Below, piece after piece: positions 22,981 through 33,184 of a DNA stretch of 64,000 nucleotides. The translations under genes were made by a program, and so were the position numbers. The first letter of the stretch is position 1. Every line of letters starts with the position of its first letter. The stretch covers positions 244,860 to 308,859 of the forward strand of contig CBDCWP010000030.1 in assembly GCA_965223505.1 (NCBI GenBank), given 5' to 3'. The DNA is from Planctomycetota bacterium (GTDB lineage: Bacteria; Planctomycetota; PLA2; JAEUHO01). The notes beneath the pieces are model-generated. The model was given only the letters and a program-made list of their open reading frames with translations. It searched no databases and was not told the DNA's origin.

Positions 22981-24810
22981 ATGGACATGCGCAACCGCTG
23001 GGTGGTCTTGCTGCTCCTGCCGCTTTGCTGCGTTGTGCAAACGGCCGGCGCCGAGCCCGAGAAGCGCGAGGGTGGGACGCTCCAGGTCGCGGTACCGAAC
23101 AAGATCCAGAGCCTCGATCCGACCCAAGCCGAAGACGAGCCGAGCAAGCTTCTCGTCTGGAACCTCTTCGACCAGTTGTACGAATACCACTATCTGAAGC
23201 GGCCGTACGAGCTGGTCCCCTGTCTGGCCGCGGCCCTGCCCGCCGTGTCGGACGATCAGCTGACGTACACGATCCGATTGAAGAAAGGCGTTCGGTACGT
23301 GGACGACGCCTGCTTCCCGGGCGGGAAGGGACGCACGCTGAACGCGTCGGACGTCGTGTTCTGCTTCAAGCGGCTGATGGACGCGCGCGTCAAGAGCCCC
23401 GGCACGTGGGTGCTCAAGGGCCGCATCGCGGGGCTCGATGCGTTCGCCGAGAGCTCGAAGACGTGGAAGCCCAAGCCGGACGAGACGACGTACCCGGACG
23501 TGGAAGGCATCGTCGCGGTCGACGCGCACACGGTGCGCATCAAGCTCGTGAGGCCATACGCGCAGATTCGCTGGCTGCTGGCGTCGCAGTACCTGTCGAT
23601 CTACCCGCCGGAGGCGGTTGCGGCGTACGGGGACAAGCTCGGCGAGCACGCGGTCTCGACGGGGCCCTATGTCGTGAGCGCCTACGAGCCGGCGACGAGC
23701 GTCCTGCTCAAACGCAATCCGAACTACCGCGAGGACCGGTACCCGTCGGAGGGCAAGGCGGGCGACGACGAGGCCGGCTTTCTCGCGGACGAGAGCCGCC
23801 TGCTTCCGCTGCATTCGATGGTCGTGGTCAAGGTCTTCGCGGGCAAGCCGCTGTCGGAGTGGCTGTACTTCCGCGAGGGACAGATCGACGTGACGATGCT
23901 GCCCGCAGGGGAGGCGTTCGACGCGGCGATCGACCGCAGCACCATGGATCTCGTGCCGGACCTGAAGAAGGTCGGGATGCGGCTGAACAAGGAGCCGCGG
24001 CTCGAGATCTGGTACGACGCGTTCAACATGGAGGACCCGATACTCGGGCATCCCAACGGTGAGAAAGGCAAGGCGATCCGGCGCGCCATCAGCCTGGTCA
24101 CCGACGACGACTGGACGATGAACACGCTCTACCGCGGGCAGATGATCCCGCAGCACGGACCGATCCTGCGCGAGTTCCAGGAGTACGACGAGTACTTCAT
24201 GAACGACGCCAAGCGCCAGCCCGGTGACACGCGGCAGCGGATGATCCGCGAGGCGCGCAAGGAGCTGGAGAGGGCCGGATATCCGGACGGCAAGGGGCTG
24301 CCGGTGTTCAAGAAGGACGTCACGGAGTACGGCCAGTCGATCTTCGAGCGGTTTCAGAAAGACGCGGCGCAGATCGGCATCAAGTTCGAGGGCAACCCGA
24401 TCAAGTGGGGCGACTACAAGACGCGGCTCGCGAACAAGGAAGCGCAGATGTGGTCGATCTCGTGGACCGCGGACTATCCGGACGCGCAAAACTTCCTGCA
24501 GCTGTTCTACGGACCGAACAGCCCGGACCCGAACGCGAGCAACTACGACAACCCCGCGTTCAACGAGCTGTACGAGAAGGCGATGCAGCTCCCGCCGGGC
24601 GAAGAACGGACGGATCTGTACCGGGAGATGGCGGAGATCGTCGCGGAGGACTGCCCGTGGATCTTCCGGTACCGCCGGGTGCGTTACGGCGTGACGCAGC
24701 ACTGGCTGCAGAACTACCGGTTCAACGCGATGGGCGAGCGTTTCTTCAAGTACTGCCGTGTCGACACGGCCGCGCGGATCCGGGGTTTGGTTCCGATCGA
24801 TGATAAGTAG
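22981..24810 (+). CDS. Peptide/nickel ABC transporter substrate-binding protein (family 5)
   Basis: Signal peptide, 'SLDP', 'LYEYHYLKRPY..P.LA', 'TGPY' and 'WTADYPDAQNFLQLFYG'. Paralog of 29858-31798. Confidence 0.9.
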   Translation: MDMRNRWVVLLLLPLCCVVQTAGAEPEKREGGTLQVAVPNKIQSLDPTQAEDEPSKLLVWNLFDQLYEYHYLKRPYELVPCLAAALPAVSDDQLTYTIRLKKGVRYVDDACFPGGKGRTLNASDVVFCFKRLMDARVKSPGTWVLKGRIAGLDAFAESSKTWKPKPDETTYPDVEGIVAVDAHTVRIKLVRPYAQIRWLLASQYLSIYPPEAVAAYGDKLGEHAVSTGPYVVSAYEPATSVLLKRNPNYREDRYPSEGKAGDDEAGFLADESRLLPLHSMVVVKVFAGKPLSEWLYFREGQIDVTMLPAGEAFDAAIDRSTMDLVPDLKKVGMRLNKEPRLEIWYDAFNMEDPILGHPNGEKGKAIRRAISLVTDDDWTMNTLYRGQMIPQHGPILREFQEYDEYFMNDAKRQPGDTRQRMIREARKELERAGYPDGKGLPVFKKDVTEYGQSIFERFQKDAAQIGIKFEGNPIKWGDYKTRLANKEAQMWSISWTADYPDAQNFLQLFYGPNSPDPNASNYDNPAFNELYEKAMQLPPGEERTDLYREMAEIVAEDCPWIFRYRRVRYGVTQHWLQNYRFNAMGERFFKYCRVDTAARIRGLVPIDDK

Positions 24811-24904
24811 GGCAGCCGTTCAGGCTGCCTAACGCGGAGCGCGTACGTCTCTAGTGGGCCCTGGCCTTGCGGTACCTGTAGGGGCAGCCCTTGTGACTGC
24901 CCAA
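24807..24904. repeat. Two REP-like palindromes (one variant, one family copy)
   Basis: GTAGGGCAGCCGTTCAGGCTGCCT at 24807-24830 and GTAGGGGCAGCCCTTGTGACTGCCCAA at 24878-24904. Confidence 0.8.
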
Positions 24905-25299
24905 ATGGCCGTCACAACCGTCTACGCGCTGCCTGAATCTCTGGTTCCGCTGCCGACTTCGTCGGCGGGCGTCTTAACTCCTGTGCTGTTTAAGGCTCCC
25001 CCGCTTCCACCCCCTCCTCCTCCCCCTCCCGGGTGGCCACCTCCCGTGTGGCCCCCTAGCACCTCGGTTTCCCTTGGCTGTTTCTGGCCATGCAAGTGCC
25101 GCCGACGCCTACCCTGCTCGAAGGCATGAACAGGCTCGTCGCAGAGCAGCTGGGAAAGCGCGAAGGTGAGAAGGTAGAGGCGAAGAAGAAGAGCTGGAAG
25201 CGCGCCGATCCTCTAAAGGAGTTCATTGGAAAGGTCGCGAATGTCCTGCGCACTGGGATCTCGACAGTCTCAGCTATCTTGGGGCCCGCGACACTTCGC

Positions 25300-26674
25300 G
25301 GCAGAGCAACGTTCTTTCTGTAAATCGCTGAGCGGGATCAAGCGCGTCCCTCAAGTTCCGTCCGGTTTCCCAACGATGAGCACCGCGCTCGCAAGCCGCA
25401 GCAAGGACGCTTCGTTTGGAAAGAGTCCGGCAACACGCGTGCGCCGCCGGATCTGTTGATTCAGGTTTTCGAGGCTGTTGGTGGTGCGCAGGCGCTTGCG
25501 TTGCGCCTCGTTGAGGCCATGGTCGAACACGGTGAATCCCTGCGAGATGTTCTCCTCGGCCCAACGCGCCAAGTCGGGCGCGGGCTTGTCCCACTTCTTT
25601 ACGAAGGCCTCGAGCTTCTCTTGAGCCTCGCGCCGCGACGTCGCGTTGAACGCGGCGCGAAGATCAGCGGCGACGTCGCGTCGAAGCTTCTGACGCGGCA
25701 CGTAAGCTTGTGCGTTCTGCTGCAGGTGGAACTGGCAGCGCTGCCAGGCGACGCCGGCGAAGCGGGCAGCGAGCGCGGCGGCCAAGCCCTTGTGGCCGTC
25801 GCTGGTGATGAGCTCGACGCCATGCAGTCCGCGGTCCTGGAGCGAGCTGAGGAACTCGCGCCAGTGAACCTCGGCTTCCGAAAGGCTCACGCTCGTTCCC
25901 AGCACGCTGCGCCTGCCGTCGTGGCCGATGCCGATGGCGATGAGCAGCGCGCAGTCGCGCACCGATCCGCCGTGGCGCACCTTCTCGTAGCGGGCATCGA
26001 GCACGAGGTACTTGAATGCCCCGAGCGGCCGTGTGCGCCAACGCGAAAGCTCCTCATCGAGCAGCGCAGCTGCTCGCGACACGCTCGTGGAGCTGATTTC
26101 AAGGCCGTTGCAAAGCACCTTCGTAATCTCCTCGACACGGCGCGTCGAAACACCCTGGACGTACATCTCCGCCAAAGCCAGCGTGAGCGCTCTCTCGCTT
26201 CGCTGGCCGCGTTCAAGGCTCGATGGGTAAAACGCATCGCCGCCCTCGACGTCGCGCACCTGAGGCACCTGTACGTCGATCTCGCCTAGGCGCGTGCGAA
26301 CGCGCTTGGGCTTGAACCCGTTGGCGTACCCGCGACGCTGCTCGCTGCGCTCGTGCGGTTCAGCGCCGAGGAAGGCACTGCGTTCGATTCTCATGGACTC
26401 GTTGATCAGCACTCGCATCGCCTCGGCCATGCCGTCGAATCCGCTCTCGCTGAGCGCTTCCAGGGCGTCGGCCCACGGCGTACGCTGTTCGTGGTGGGTC
26501 ACGTCGATCTCCAATGCAAGTTGTCGTAGACCTGCAAAGGTACGGCGTTGATCCGCCACTCAGTTGACCCCGGGAGATGGCGGCGCGCCCGCTTCGCTTG
26601 AATCAGCTAGCTGATTCAAGCGAAGCGAGCGCCTCTCTCTCGGGAGCCATTTACAGAAAGAACGGTACACCCTC
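25300..26674 (-). mobile_element. IS256-family insertion sequence with TIRs and 8-bp TSD
   Basis: Imperfect TIRs GGCAGAGCAACGTTCTTTCTGTAAAT (25300-25325) and ATTTACAGAAAGAACGGTACACCCTC (26649-26674). Direct repeat CACTTCGC at 25292-25299 and 26675-26682. Confidence 0.93.
25351..26502 (-). CDS. IS256-family (Mutator-type) DDE transposase, C-terminus apparently frameshifted
   Basis: Motifs 'EMYVQGVSTRRV', D in 'LVLDA', D in 'TSDGHKGL', 'WQRCQFH', and E in 'TTNSLE'. GGAG precedes GTG 26502. Confidence 0.92.
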   Translation of the reverse strand: MTHHEQRTPWADALEALSESGFDGMAEAMRVLINESMRIERSAFLGAEPHERSEQRRGYANGFKPKRVRTRLGEIDVQVPQVRDVEGGDAFYPSSLERGQRSERALTLALAEMYVQGVSTRRVEEITKVLCNGLEISSTSVSRAAALLDEELSRWRTRPLGAFKYLVLDARYEKVRHGGSVRDCALLIAIGIGHDGRRSVLGTSVSLSEAEVHWREFLSSLQDRGLHGVELITSDGHKGLAAALAARFAGVAWQRCQFHLQQNAQAYVPRQKLRRDVAADLRAAFNATSRREAQEKLEAFVKKWDKPAPDLARWAEENISQGFTVFDHGLNEAQRKRLRTTNSLENLNQQIRRRTRVAGLFPNEASLLRLASAVLIVGKPDGT

Positions 26675-26885
26675 CACTTCGCTGAGTGCAGTTGGAACTT
26701 CAAGAAGACGATGGAGCACATCCGCAGCATGGCAGAGACTCTGGTTGCCGCAGCCGCAGCGTGCGGTTCGGACGAGTGGGGCACCGCCCCGTCACAAGAA
26801 GGACTCCGTGAATTGCCGGAACTTGCCAACGCATTCGGTGAGGCCGCCGGGATCACTGCACCTGACATGATGCCCGGCAGGTAGT

Positions 26886-27467
26886 ATGACGCTGAGTCGC
26901 ATCTGGGCCGTCATGGCGATTGTACTCCTGTCCGCTTGCCGGACGAGTGTTCGTGATTCCAGCGTTTCGAGCACATGGACGGATCGCGATCGCCCACGGC
27001 AACTCAAGCAGATTCCGGGTTGCAGGCGTTTTCGTGAATACCTGACGCAATCACATGCGACTGCGAGCGTCAAGGGACGTGACTGGGTTGAGCGGCAGCT
27101 TGGAAGCCCCGAGCGACTTGGAAGACGCGACACTCTCGCACTGCTGGTCTGGACATACGACAACGCGCGATCTACCAACGAGCGCTGCTATCTTCTGACT
27201 GCCATCGTCCATAGATTTGATGAGGAAATCCTGTGCGTGTTGGATGCCGCCCTCGAAAGTCGCGACGTAGAGGTTAGGAGCACTGCTATCGACCTACTTG
27301 AGCAGGACGTGCTAGACATGCCCAAGTCAGAGCGCGGCAGCGCTGTGGATGATGAAGCGCGAGCAGGGCAACTTCGACTCTTGCTCCGGCGCGATTCCGA
27401 GACGATCAAGCGTCGGCTTCTTGAGAAGCGGGCGGCACAACAGCGCGCTGCCGATCGACTGCGTTAG
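26886..27467 (+). CDS. Hypothetical lipoprotein with HEAT-like repeat (atypical composition)
   Basis: Lipobox 'VLLSAC' and HEAT-like 'LDAALESRDVEVRSTAIDLL'; visibly less GC-biased codons than the flanking genes. Confidence 0.6.
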   Translation: MTLSRIWAVMAIVLLSACRTSVRDSSVSSTWTDRDRPRQLKQIPGCRRFREYLTQSHATASVKGRDWVERQLGSPERLGRRDTLALLVWTYDNARSTNERCYLLTAIVHRFDEEILCVLDAALESRDVEVRSTAIDLLEQDVLDMPKSERGSAVDDEARAGQLRLLLRRDSETIKRRLLEKRAAQQRAADRLR

Positions 27468-27730
27468 TCAATGGTGGAACGGCCAGCCGACGTACGCATC
27501 GTTGGCCGCCGTATCGATTGCTTTTCGATTTCAGCCTCCTGGCATTACAGCCCGAAGGGTGTCACCAAGACCGACTCGAATTCGGCGGCCCGCCGCTAGT
27601 CGCCGACCTCGCTGCCTAGTGATGCTGACTGGCCGGGTCGTCTGTCCTGCTCCAATCGCTCGATGGAGGCCATCGTCATCACACTGGTAATGGCGGGCGT
27701 CGCCACAACAGCGTCAACCGCGTATGTGGG

Positions 27731-28930
27731 TCAGATCCGCAGCCGCGGATCCAGCGCGTCGCGAACCGCGTCCGTCAGCAGGTTCACGACCAACACCAAT
27801 CCGAACAACGCCACGGTCGCCGCCGTCAGCTGCCACCACACCGTATCGGGGCGCAGCAGCTCCAGCTTCGCCTGGCTGATCATGCCGCCCCACGACCCCT
27901 CGCCGGGCTCGAGCCCCATGCCCAGGAACGACAGGATCACCTCGAACTTGATCGCCGAGACGAAGAGCAGCGAGAAGCTGATCAGCACGAGATGAAAGAC
28001 GTTCGGCAGGATGTGACGGAAGATGATCCGGCGCGTCGGCACGCCGATGGCGCGAGCTGCGGTCACGTACTCGCGGTCGCGGTGCTTGATGTACTCGCTG
28101 CGCACGATCCGGCACACCCCCACCCAGCTCGTGATGCCGATCACGACGATGATCTGCGCGAGCCCGAGCGACACCTTGAGCGACGTCTTGAAGAAGGTGT
28201 CGTCGTACCACTCCCGAAGTCCCGGCGTGTTCTTGATCACGTACGCGAACGAGAGCAGCAGCAGCAGGTACGGGATCGAGTCCAGCGTGGTGTAGAACCA
28301 CACGATCACGTCGTCGACCCAGCCGCCGAAGTACCCGGCGATCGAGCCGAGCGCGACGCCGATCACGCAGGAGATCAGCGCGGCGAACATGCCGATCCAG
28401 AGCGCGGTCGTGGTGCCGCGCAGGGTCATCTTGAAGACGTCCTTGCCCATGAAGTCCGTCCCCATGAGGAAGCCGCCCTCGCCCGGCGCCAGGTACTCGG
28501 CATCCTTGTGCGACGCGTCGAAGCCGGCGGCGATCCACCCCGTCTGGGCGGCGAAGCCGACGTACAGGTAGAGCACCAAGACGAGGGCGCTGGCCATCGC
28601 GACGTGGCTCTTGCTGAGCCTGCGTTTCGCGTCGTACCACGGGCCCGTGCTCTCACCTTCCTTGCGCACCCGCCCGTCGAGCGGCGGGAATTCGTCCGAC
28701 CGAAACGTCAGATAGCGCAATCCCTGTTCGCAGAAGTCGCCCAACCGTGTCTGGGCGTCCGGGAATCCGCGCTCCGGGTTGCCCTGGTGCAACGCGGCCG
28801 CGACACCGAGGCCCAGGACGCGCCACAGGATGCCGATCAGGAACACCAGCACCGTCAGGGGCCAGCAGAACACGCGCACGGGCCACACGAGCCAGGACGG
28901 ACGATAGACGTTTTCGGAGACCGTCGTCAT
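27731..28930 (-). CDS. Peptide ABC transporter permease (OppC/DppC-like) with N-terminal extension
   Basis: 'GTDFMGKDVF', EAA-type loop 'EYVTAARAIG', 'HILPN' and C-terminal 'DALDPR'. Confidence 0.9.
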   Translation of the reverse strand: MTTVSENVYRPSWLVWPVRVFCWPLTVLVFLIGILWRVLGLGVAAALHQGNPERGFPDAQTRLGDFCEQGLRYLTFRSDEFPPLDGRVRKEGESTGPWYDAKRRLSKSHVAMASALVLVLYLYVGFAAQTGWIAAGFDASHKDAEYLAPGEGGFLMGTDFMGKDVFKMTLRGTTTALWIGMFAALISCVIGVALGSIAGYFGGWVDDVIVWFYTTLDSIPYLLLLLSFAYVIKNTPGLREWYDDTFFKTSLKVSLGLAQIIVVIGITSWVGVCRIVRSEYIKHRDREYVTAARAIGVPTRRIIFRHILPNVFHLVLISFSLLFVSAIKFEVILSFLGMGLEPGEGSWGGMISQAKLELLRPDTVWWQLTAATVALFGLVLVVNLLTDAVRDALDPRLRI

Positions 28931-29856
28931 TTGAGCCGCACCCGGGGATCGACGACGGCGTAGAGCACGTCCGCCAAGAGGCTGAAGAAGATGTAGGCGA
29001 TCGAGCCGAAGACGACCATCGCCTTGATGACGGGGAAGTCGTCGGTCTGGAGGGCCTCGATGGACATCGCGCCGAGGCCGGGCACGCCGAAGAACGTCTC
29101 CAGCAACAAGCTGCCGACGAACAGGAACGGGATCGTGATCATCACGCGCGTGATGAGCGGAATCATGCCGTTCTTCAGGATGTGCTTGAACAGGATCGTC
29201 CGCGTGCTCAGCCCCTTGGCCGCCGCGGTGCGCACGTAGTCCTGCCGCATCTCGTCGAGCATCGTCGTGCGGAAGAACCGCGTCTCACCGCCGACGGACA
29301 GGAACACCCAGATCGTCCACGGCAGCAGCAAGAACACGATGCCCTGCCAGGACCACTCGTAGCCGAAGATCGGCAGCAGGTTCCAGCGGTAGGCGATGAA
29401 ATACTGTCCGAACAGGATGTACGCGAGGCTCGAGATCGACATGCCCGCGACCGACGCGATCACGGTCGTTCGGTCCGCGAGCGAGTCCCGGTAGAACGCG
29501 CAGAACAGGCCGAGTGACACTGCGAACATCACCGCCATGAGGAACGCGGGGAACGTGATCGACATGCTGGGCCCCAGGCCCTCCAAGATCATGTCGTTGA
29601 CGTCCCGGTTCGTCTTCCAGGACTCGCCGAAGTCGAGCGTGAAGGTCTGCCCCAGGAACTCGAGGTATTGCACGAGGAGGGGACGGTCGGTCCCCAGCTC
29701 CTTGCGGGTCTCTTCGATCTGCTTCGGGCTGGCTTTGAGTCCCGCCTGCGTAATGGCGGGGTCGGTGATCACGTTGAAGAGCAGGAACGTGATGATCGTG
29801 ATCCCGATCAGCGTCGGAATGGCCAGCAACAGGCGACGAACGACGTAGGCCGTCAA
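28927..29856 (-). CDS. Peptide ABC transporter permease (OppB/DppB-like)
   Basis: 'YVVRRLL', 'QDYVRTAAAKGL', 'ETFFGVPGLG' and 'DVLYAVVDPRVR'. Confidence 0.92.
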   Translation of the reverse strand: MTAYVVRRLLLAIPTLIGITIITFLLFNVITDPAITQAGLKASPKQIEETRKELGTDRPLLVQYLEFLGQTFTLDFGESWKTNRDVNDMILEGLGPSMSITFPAFLMAVMFAVSLGLFCAFYRDSLADRTTVIASVAGMSISSLAYILFGQYFIAYRWNLLPIFGYEWSWQGIVFLLLPWTIWVFLSVGGETRFFRTTMLDEMRQDYVRTAAAKGLSTRTILFKHILKNGMIPLITRVMITIPFLFVGSLLLETFFGVPGLGAMSIEALQTDDFPVIKAMVVFGSIAYIFFSLLADVLYAVVDPRVRLK

Positions 29857-29857
29857 C

Positions 29858-31798
29858 TCACCACCCCCTCTTCGTTCGTCGCGCAGAGAACAACGTCGTC
29901 CCGATGAGCAAGGCGAAGAGGCCCAACACGACGAACACCGGCCACACCACCGGCTGGTTCATCTCCTCGACGCGCCTGTCACGCATGCCCTCGTCGACCC
30001 GGCAATACTGGAAGTACTTCTCACTGATGTCGTTGTAGTAGAAGCCGTGCAGCCACGGCTGCATGAGACTGAACGTGATGCGTCGGAACCGGAACACCCA
30101 AGGACACTGATCGACGACGATGCGCTGGATCTCGCGGTACAGCCGCGTCCGCTCCTGGCCGGGCGGCAGTCGAATCGCCTGGGCGTAGAGCTCGTTGAGC
30201 TTCGCGTCGTTGAAGTTCGACGAGTTCGGGCTGGGGCTGTTGGGCCCGTAGAACAGCTGCAGGAAGTTCTGCGCTTCGGGATAGTCGGCGCCCCACGACA
30301 CGCCCCACATCGAGGCCTTCTTCTCCTTCGTGCGGCGGAGGAACTCGGGCCACGACGCGACATACGGCCGGAATTCGAGACCGATGTCGCTCATGTCGCG
30401 TTTGAACGCCTCGAAGTGCTGCCGTGACGTCTGGTCGTTGAGAATGTCCTTCTCGAGCACGGGAACGCCCTCGCCGCCCGGCATGCCGGCGTCGGCGAGC
30501 ACCTTGCGCGCCCGCGCCAAGGCCTGCTCCCGGGTCTCGCCCGGCTGCCGCAGCCAGGGGTTCTTCAGAGCGGGGTCGTACTCCGGAAACTCCTCGATGA
30601 TGGGGCCCTGCATCGGCGTCGCGCGCCCGTTGTAGAGGTGCTCGATCGCCCACTCGCGATCGTTGGCGAGCGAGATGGCGCGCCGAAGCGCCAGTCCCTT
30701 CTCGCCGGCCGGGTAGCCGAAGACCTCGTTCTCCATGTTGAAGGCGTCGTAGATCACCTCGAGCTTGGGATCGACGTGCAGGCGGATGCCGCGCGCCTTC
30801 ATTTCGGGAAGGAGGTCCATCGTCGCCGCGTCGACGGCGCCGCCGAAGTTGTCCTTCGGGATGCGCCCGCGATCGAGATAGCCCCGCTGGAAGTAGAGCC
30901 AGAGCGGGGTGTCCTCGCGGAAGACCGTCGCGACGACGCGGTCGTTGAGCGGCAGCCGCTTGCCGGCCTCCTTCATGATGCCGCGCTCGTGCGCCTGCCG
31001 GCTGCCCTCGGTCGGAAAGTACGCCTCGCGGAAGTTCTCGTTCTTGACCAGGATCAGGTGCTTGGTGCCGTTGAACGACTCGAGTCGGTAGGGCCCGCTG
31101 CCCACGCCGTGCTGGCCGAACTCCTTGCCGTGGTACTTCACGGCTTCGGGCGGGTAGATCGACGTGTACGGCATCGCGAGCACCCAACGCAGCTCCGGGT
31201 AGGGCTCGACGAGCTTGATCATCAGGGTGTGGCGGTCGACGGCCTTCAGCCCGGCGACCTCCGGGTAGCCCTCTTCCTGGGTGTACTTGTCCCGCCCGGG
31301 GTTCTTGCGCACGCCGGCGGACTGCTCGGTGAACGCGTCGAGGCCTTCCACGCGGCCCGCGAGCACCCAGCGCCCGGGGCTCTTCGTGCGCGAGTCCATC
31401 AGGCGCTTCAGACAGAACACGACGTCGGAGGCCACGACCTCTCGGCCCTTGCCGTCTGGGAAGCACGGATCGTTCGCGTAGCGAACGCCCTGCTTGAGCC
31501 TGATCGTGTACGTCAGCGCGTCGTCCGACATCTCGGGCAGCGCGTCGGCGAGGCAGGGCTTCAGCTCGTAGGGCCGTTTCGTGTAGTGGTACTCGTACAG
31601 CTGGTCGTACAGGTTGAGCACGCTGAGGACGCCGAATTGCCCGTCCGCCAGCGCCGGGTCGAGGCTCTTGACCGCGTCACGCAGGTACGTGTGTAGGGTG
31701 CCCTTCGGCTCACTGGGGTACGGGTTCGATCCGCATGCGAGCAGCGACGCGAGCAGGACGACGCCGCACGCCTGACGGATGATTCGAATGCCCCGCAC
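29858..31798 (-). CDS. Peptide ABC substrate-binding lipoprotein with extra C-terminal TM helix
   Basis: Lipobox LLAC and SBP family 5 motifs; C-terminal 'PVVWPVFVVLGLFALLIGTTLFSARR'. Confidence 0.9.
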   Translation of the reverse strand: MRGIRIIRQACGVVLLASLLACGSNPYPSEPKGTLHTYLRDAVKSLDPALADGQFGVLSVLNLYDQLYEYHYTKRPYELKPCLADALPEMSDDALTYTIRLKQGVRYANDPCFPDGKGREVVASDVVFCLKRLMDSRTKSPGRWVLAGRVEGLDAFTEQSAGVRKNPGRDKYTQEEGYPEVAGLKAVDRHTLMIKLVEPYPELRWVLAMPYTSIYPPEAVKYHGKEFGQHGVGSGPYRLESFNGTKHLILVKNENFREAYFPTEGSRQAHERGIMKEAGKRLPLNDRVVATVFREDTPLWLYFQRGYLDRGRIPKDNFGGAVDAATMDLLPEMKARGIRLHVDPKLEVIYDAFNMENEVFGYPAGEKGLALRRAISLANDREWAIEHLYNGRATPMQGPIIEEFPEYDPALKNPWLRQPGETREQALARARKVLADAGMPGGEGVPVLEKDILNDQTSRQHFEAFKRDMSDIGLEFRPYVASWPEFLRRTKEKKASMWGVSWGADYPEAQNFLQLFYGPNSPSPNSSNFNDAKLNELYAQAIRLPPGQERTRLYREIQRIVVDQCPWVFRFRRITFSLMQPWLHGFYYNDISEKYFQYCRVDEGMRDRRVEEMNQPVVWPVFVVLGLFALLIGTTLFSARRTKRGW

Positions 31799-31843
31799 GA
31801 CCGGGGACCATACGGATTGCCCGCGCGCGGAGCAACCGCGCGA

Positions 31844-33184
31844 TCAGAACCGCTGGCGGGGATCCATGGCGTCGCGCAACGCGTCGCCGACGAGGTTGAA
31901 GCAGACGACGGCGAGCACGATCGCGAACCCGGGCAGCGTCGACACCCACCAGGCCGTCTCGAGAACGCCGCGGCCGTCGTTGACGATGTTGCCCCAGGTC
32001 GCCGTGGGCGGCGTGATCCCGAGACCGAGGAACGACAGGCTCGCCTCCACGAGGATGGTGTTCCCGAGCTGCAGCGTCGACGCCACGATCACCGGCGCCA
32101 TCGCGTTCGGCACGAGGTGGCGGAAGATGATCCGGCGCTTGCCGAAGCCCATCGACTTCGCCGCCGCGGTGAAGTCGAGCTCCTTCAGCCGGAGCAACTC
32201 AGCCCGAATGAGTCGCGCCACCCCCATCCAACCGGTTGCGCCCAGGATCAACACGATCGTGAAGATGCCCGCCCCTTCATAGACGGTCACGATCAGCAAC
32301 AGCAGCAGCAGTCGGGGGAACGCCAACAGGATGTCGACGAACCGCATGATCGCGCCGTCGATGAAACCACCGAAGTACCCGGCGAGCGCGCCGAACAAGA
32401 CGCCGAGAGAGACCGCGACGCCGACCGCCAGGAAGCCGATGACCAAAGAAATGCGGCTGCCGTAGATGATGCGGCTCAGGAGATCGCGCCCCTTGTCGTC
32501 GGTGCCGAGCAGATAGGTCTCGGTGCGGAACGGCACCTCCTTGTCGCCGAGCATCATCGTCTGCTCGGTGTCCGCGCGGCGCTTCCAGCCGCGCTTGGGC
32601 TCGCCGATCCTGTTCAGCCGCACCTTCTTCTCGGGATGGTCGCCGCCGCGCTCCAGGATGAGCTTGTCGTCTTCGATGCGATAGCTCAGCCCGGCGACCT
32701 CGCCGCGCTTCGTGTCGCCGAAGATGGTGACGGTGTCGCCGGGCGCGCGGTAGGCGCTGGGCGCGGTGTCCTTGGGAATCTCGTTCGGCCCGTAGGGCGC
32801 GAGCACAGGACAGAGGAACCCGACGCCGTAGACCAGGCCGAGGATCGTGAGCCCCCACACGCCGCGCGGCTTCGTCTTGAACGCGCGGAAGGCGAGTTGC
32901 CACGTGCCCATGCCTTCCTTCGGCGGCGGCGTCACGAGGTTCTTGAGGCTCTTGTGCGCCCACCAGATCAGCGCGAACGGCGCGGCCGCCAGGAACCCGA
33001 TGGCGACGACGTTCTCCGCCGACCAATCGCCGAAGATCTCCCCAATCCGGTCCCAGCGTCCGATGACGACAGCGCCGTAGGCGACGGTGTACAGCAGCGG
33101 CCGCCAGGCCTGACGCAAGTACCCGCGCCGAAGGTGCCCGACGCCGGGGATCAAGCTCTCGTAGACCTGCGCGGGCGTCGTCAT
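31844..33184 (-). CDS. Peptide ABC transporter permease (OppC-like) with N-terminal membrane extension
   Basis: 'LGTDDKGRDLLSRIIYGSRISL', 'DFTAAAKSMG', 'HLVPN' and 'DAMDPR'. Confidence 0.9.
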   Translation of the reverse strand: MTTPAQVYESLIPGVGHLRRGYLRQAWRPLLYTVAYGAVVIGRWDRIGEIFGDWSAENVVAIGFLAAAPFALIWWAHKSLKNLVTPPPKEGMGTWQLAFRAFKTKPRGVWGLTILGLVYGVGFLCPVLAPYGPNEIPKDTAPSAYRAPGDTVTIFGDTKRGEVAGLSYRIEDDKLILERGGDHPEKKVRLNRIGEPKRGWKRRADTEQTMMLGDKEVPFRTETYLLGTDDKGRDLLSRIIYGSRISLVIGFLAVGVAVSLGVLFGALAGYFGGFIDGAIMRFVDILLAFPRLLLLLLIVTVYEGAGIFTIVLILGATGWMGVARLIRAELLRLKELDFTAAAKSMGFGKRRIIFRHLVPNAMAPVIVASTLQLGNTILVEASLSFLGLGITPPTATWGNIVNDGRGVLETAWWVSTLPGFAIVLAVVCFNLVGDALRDAMDPRQRF

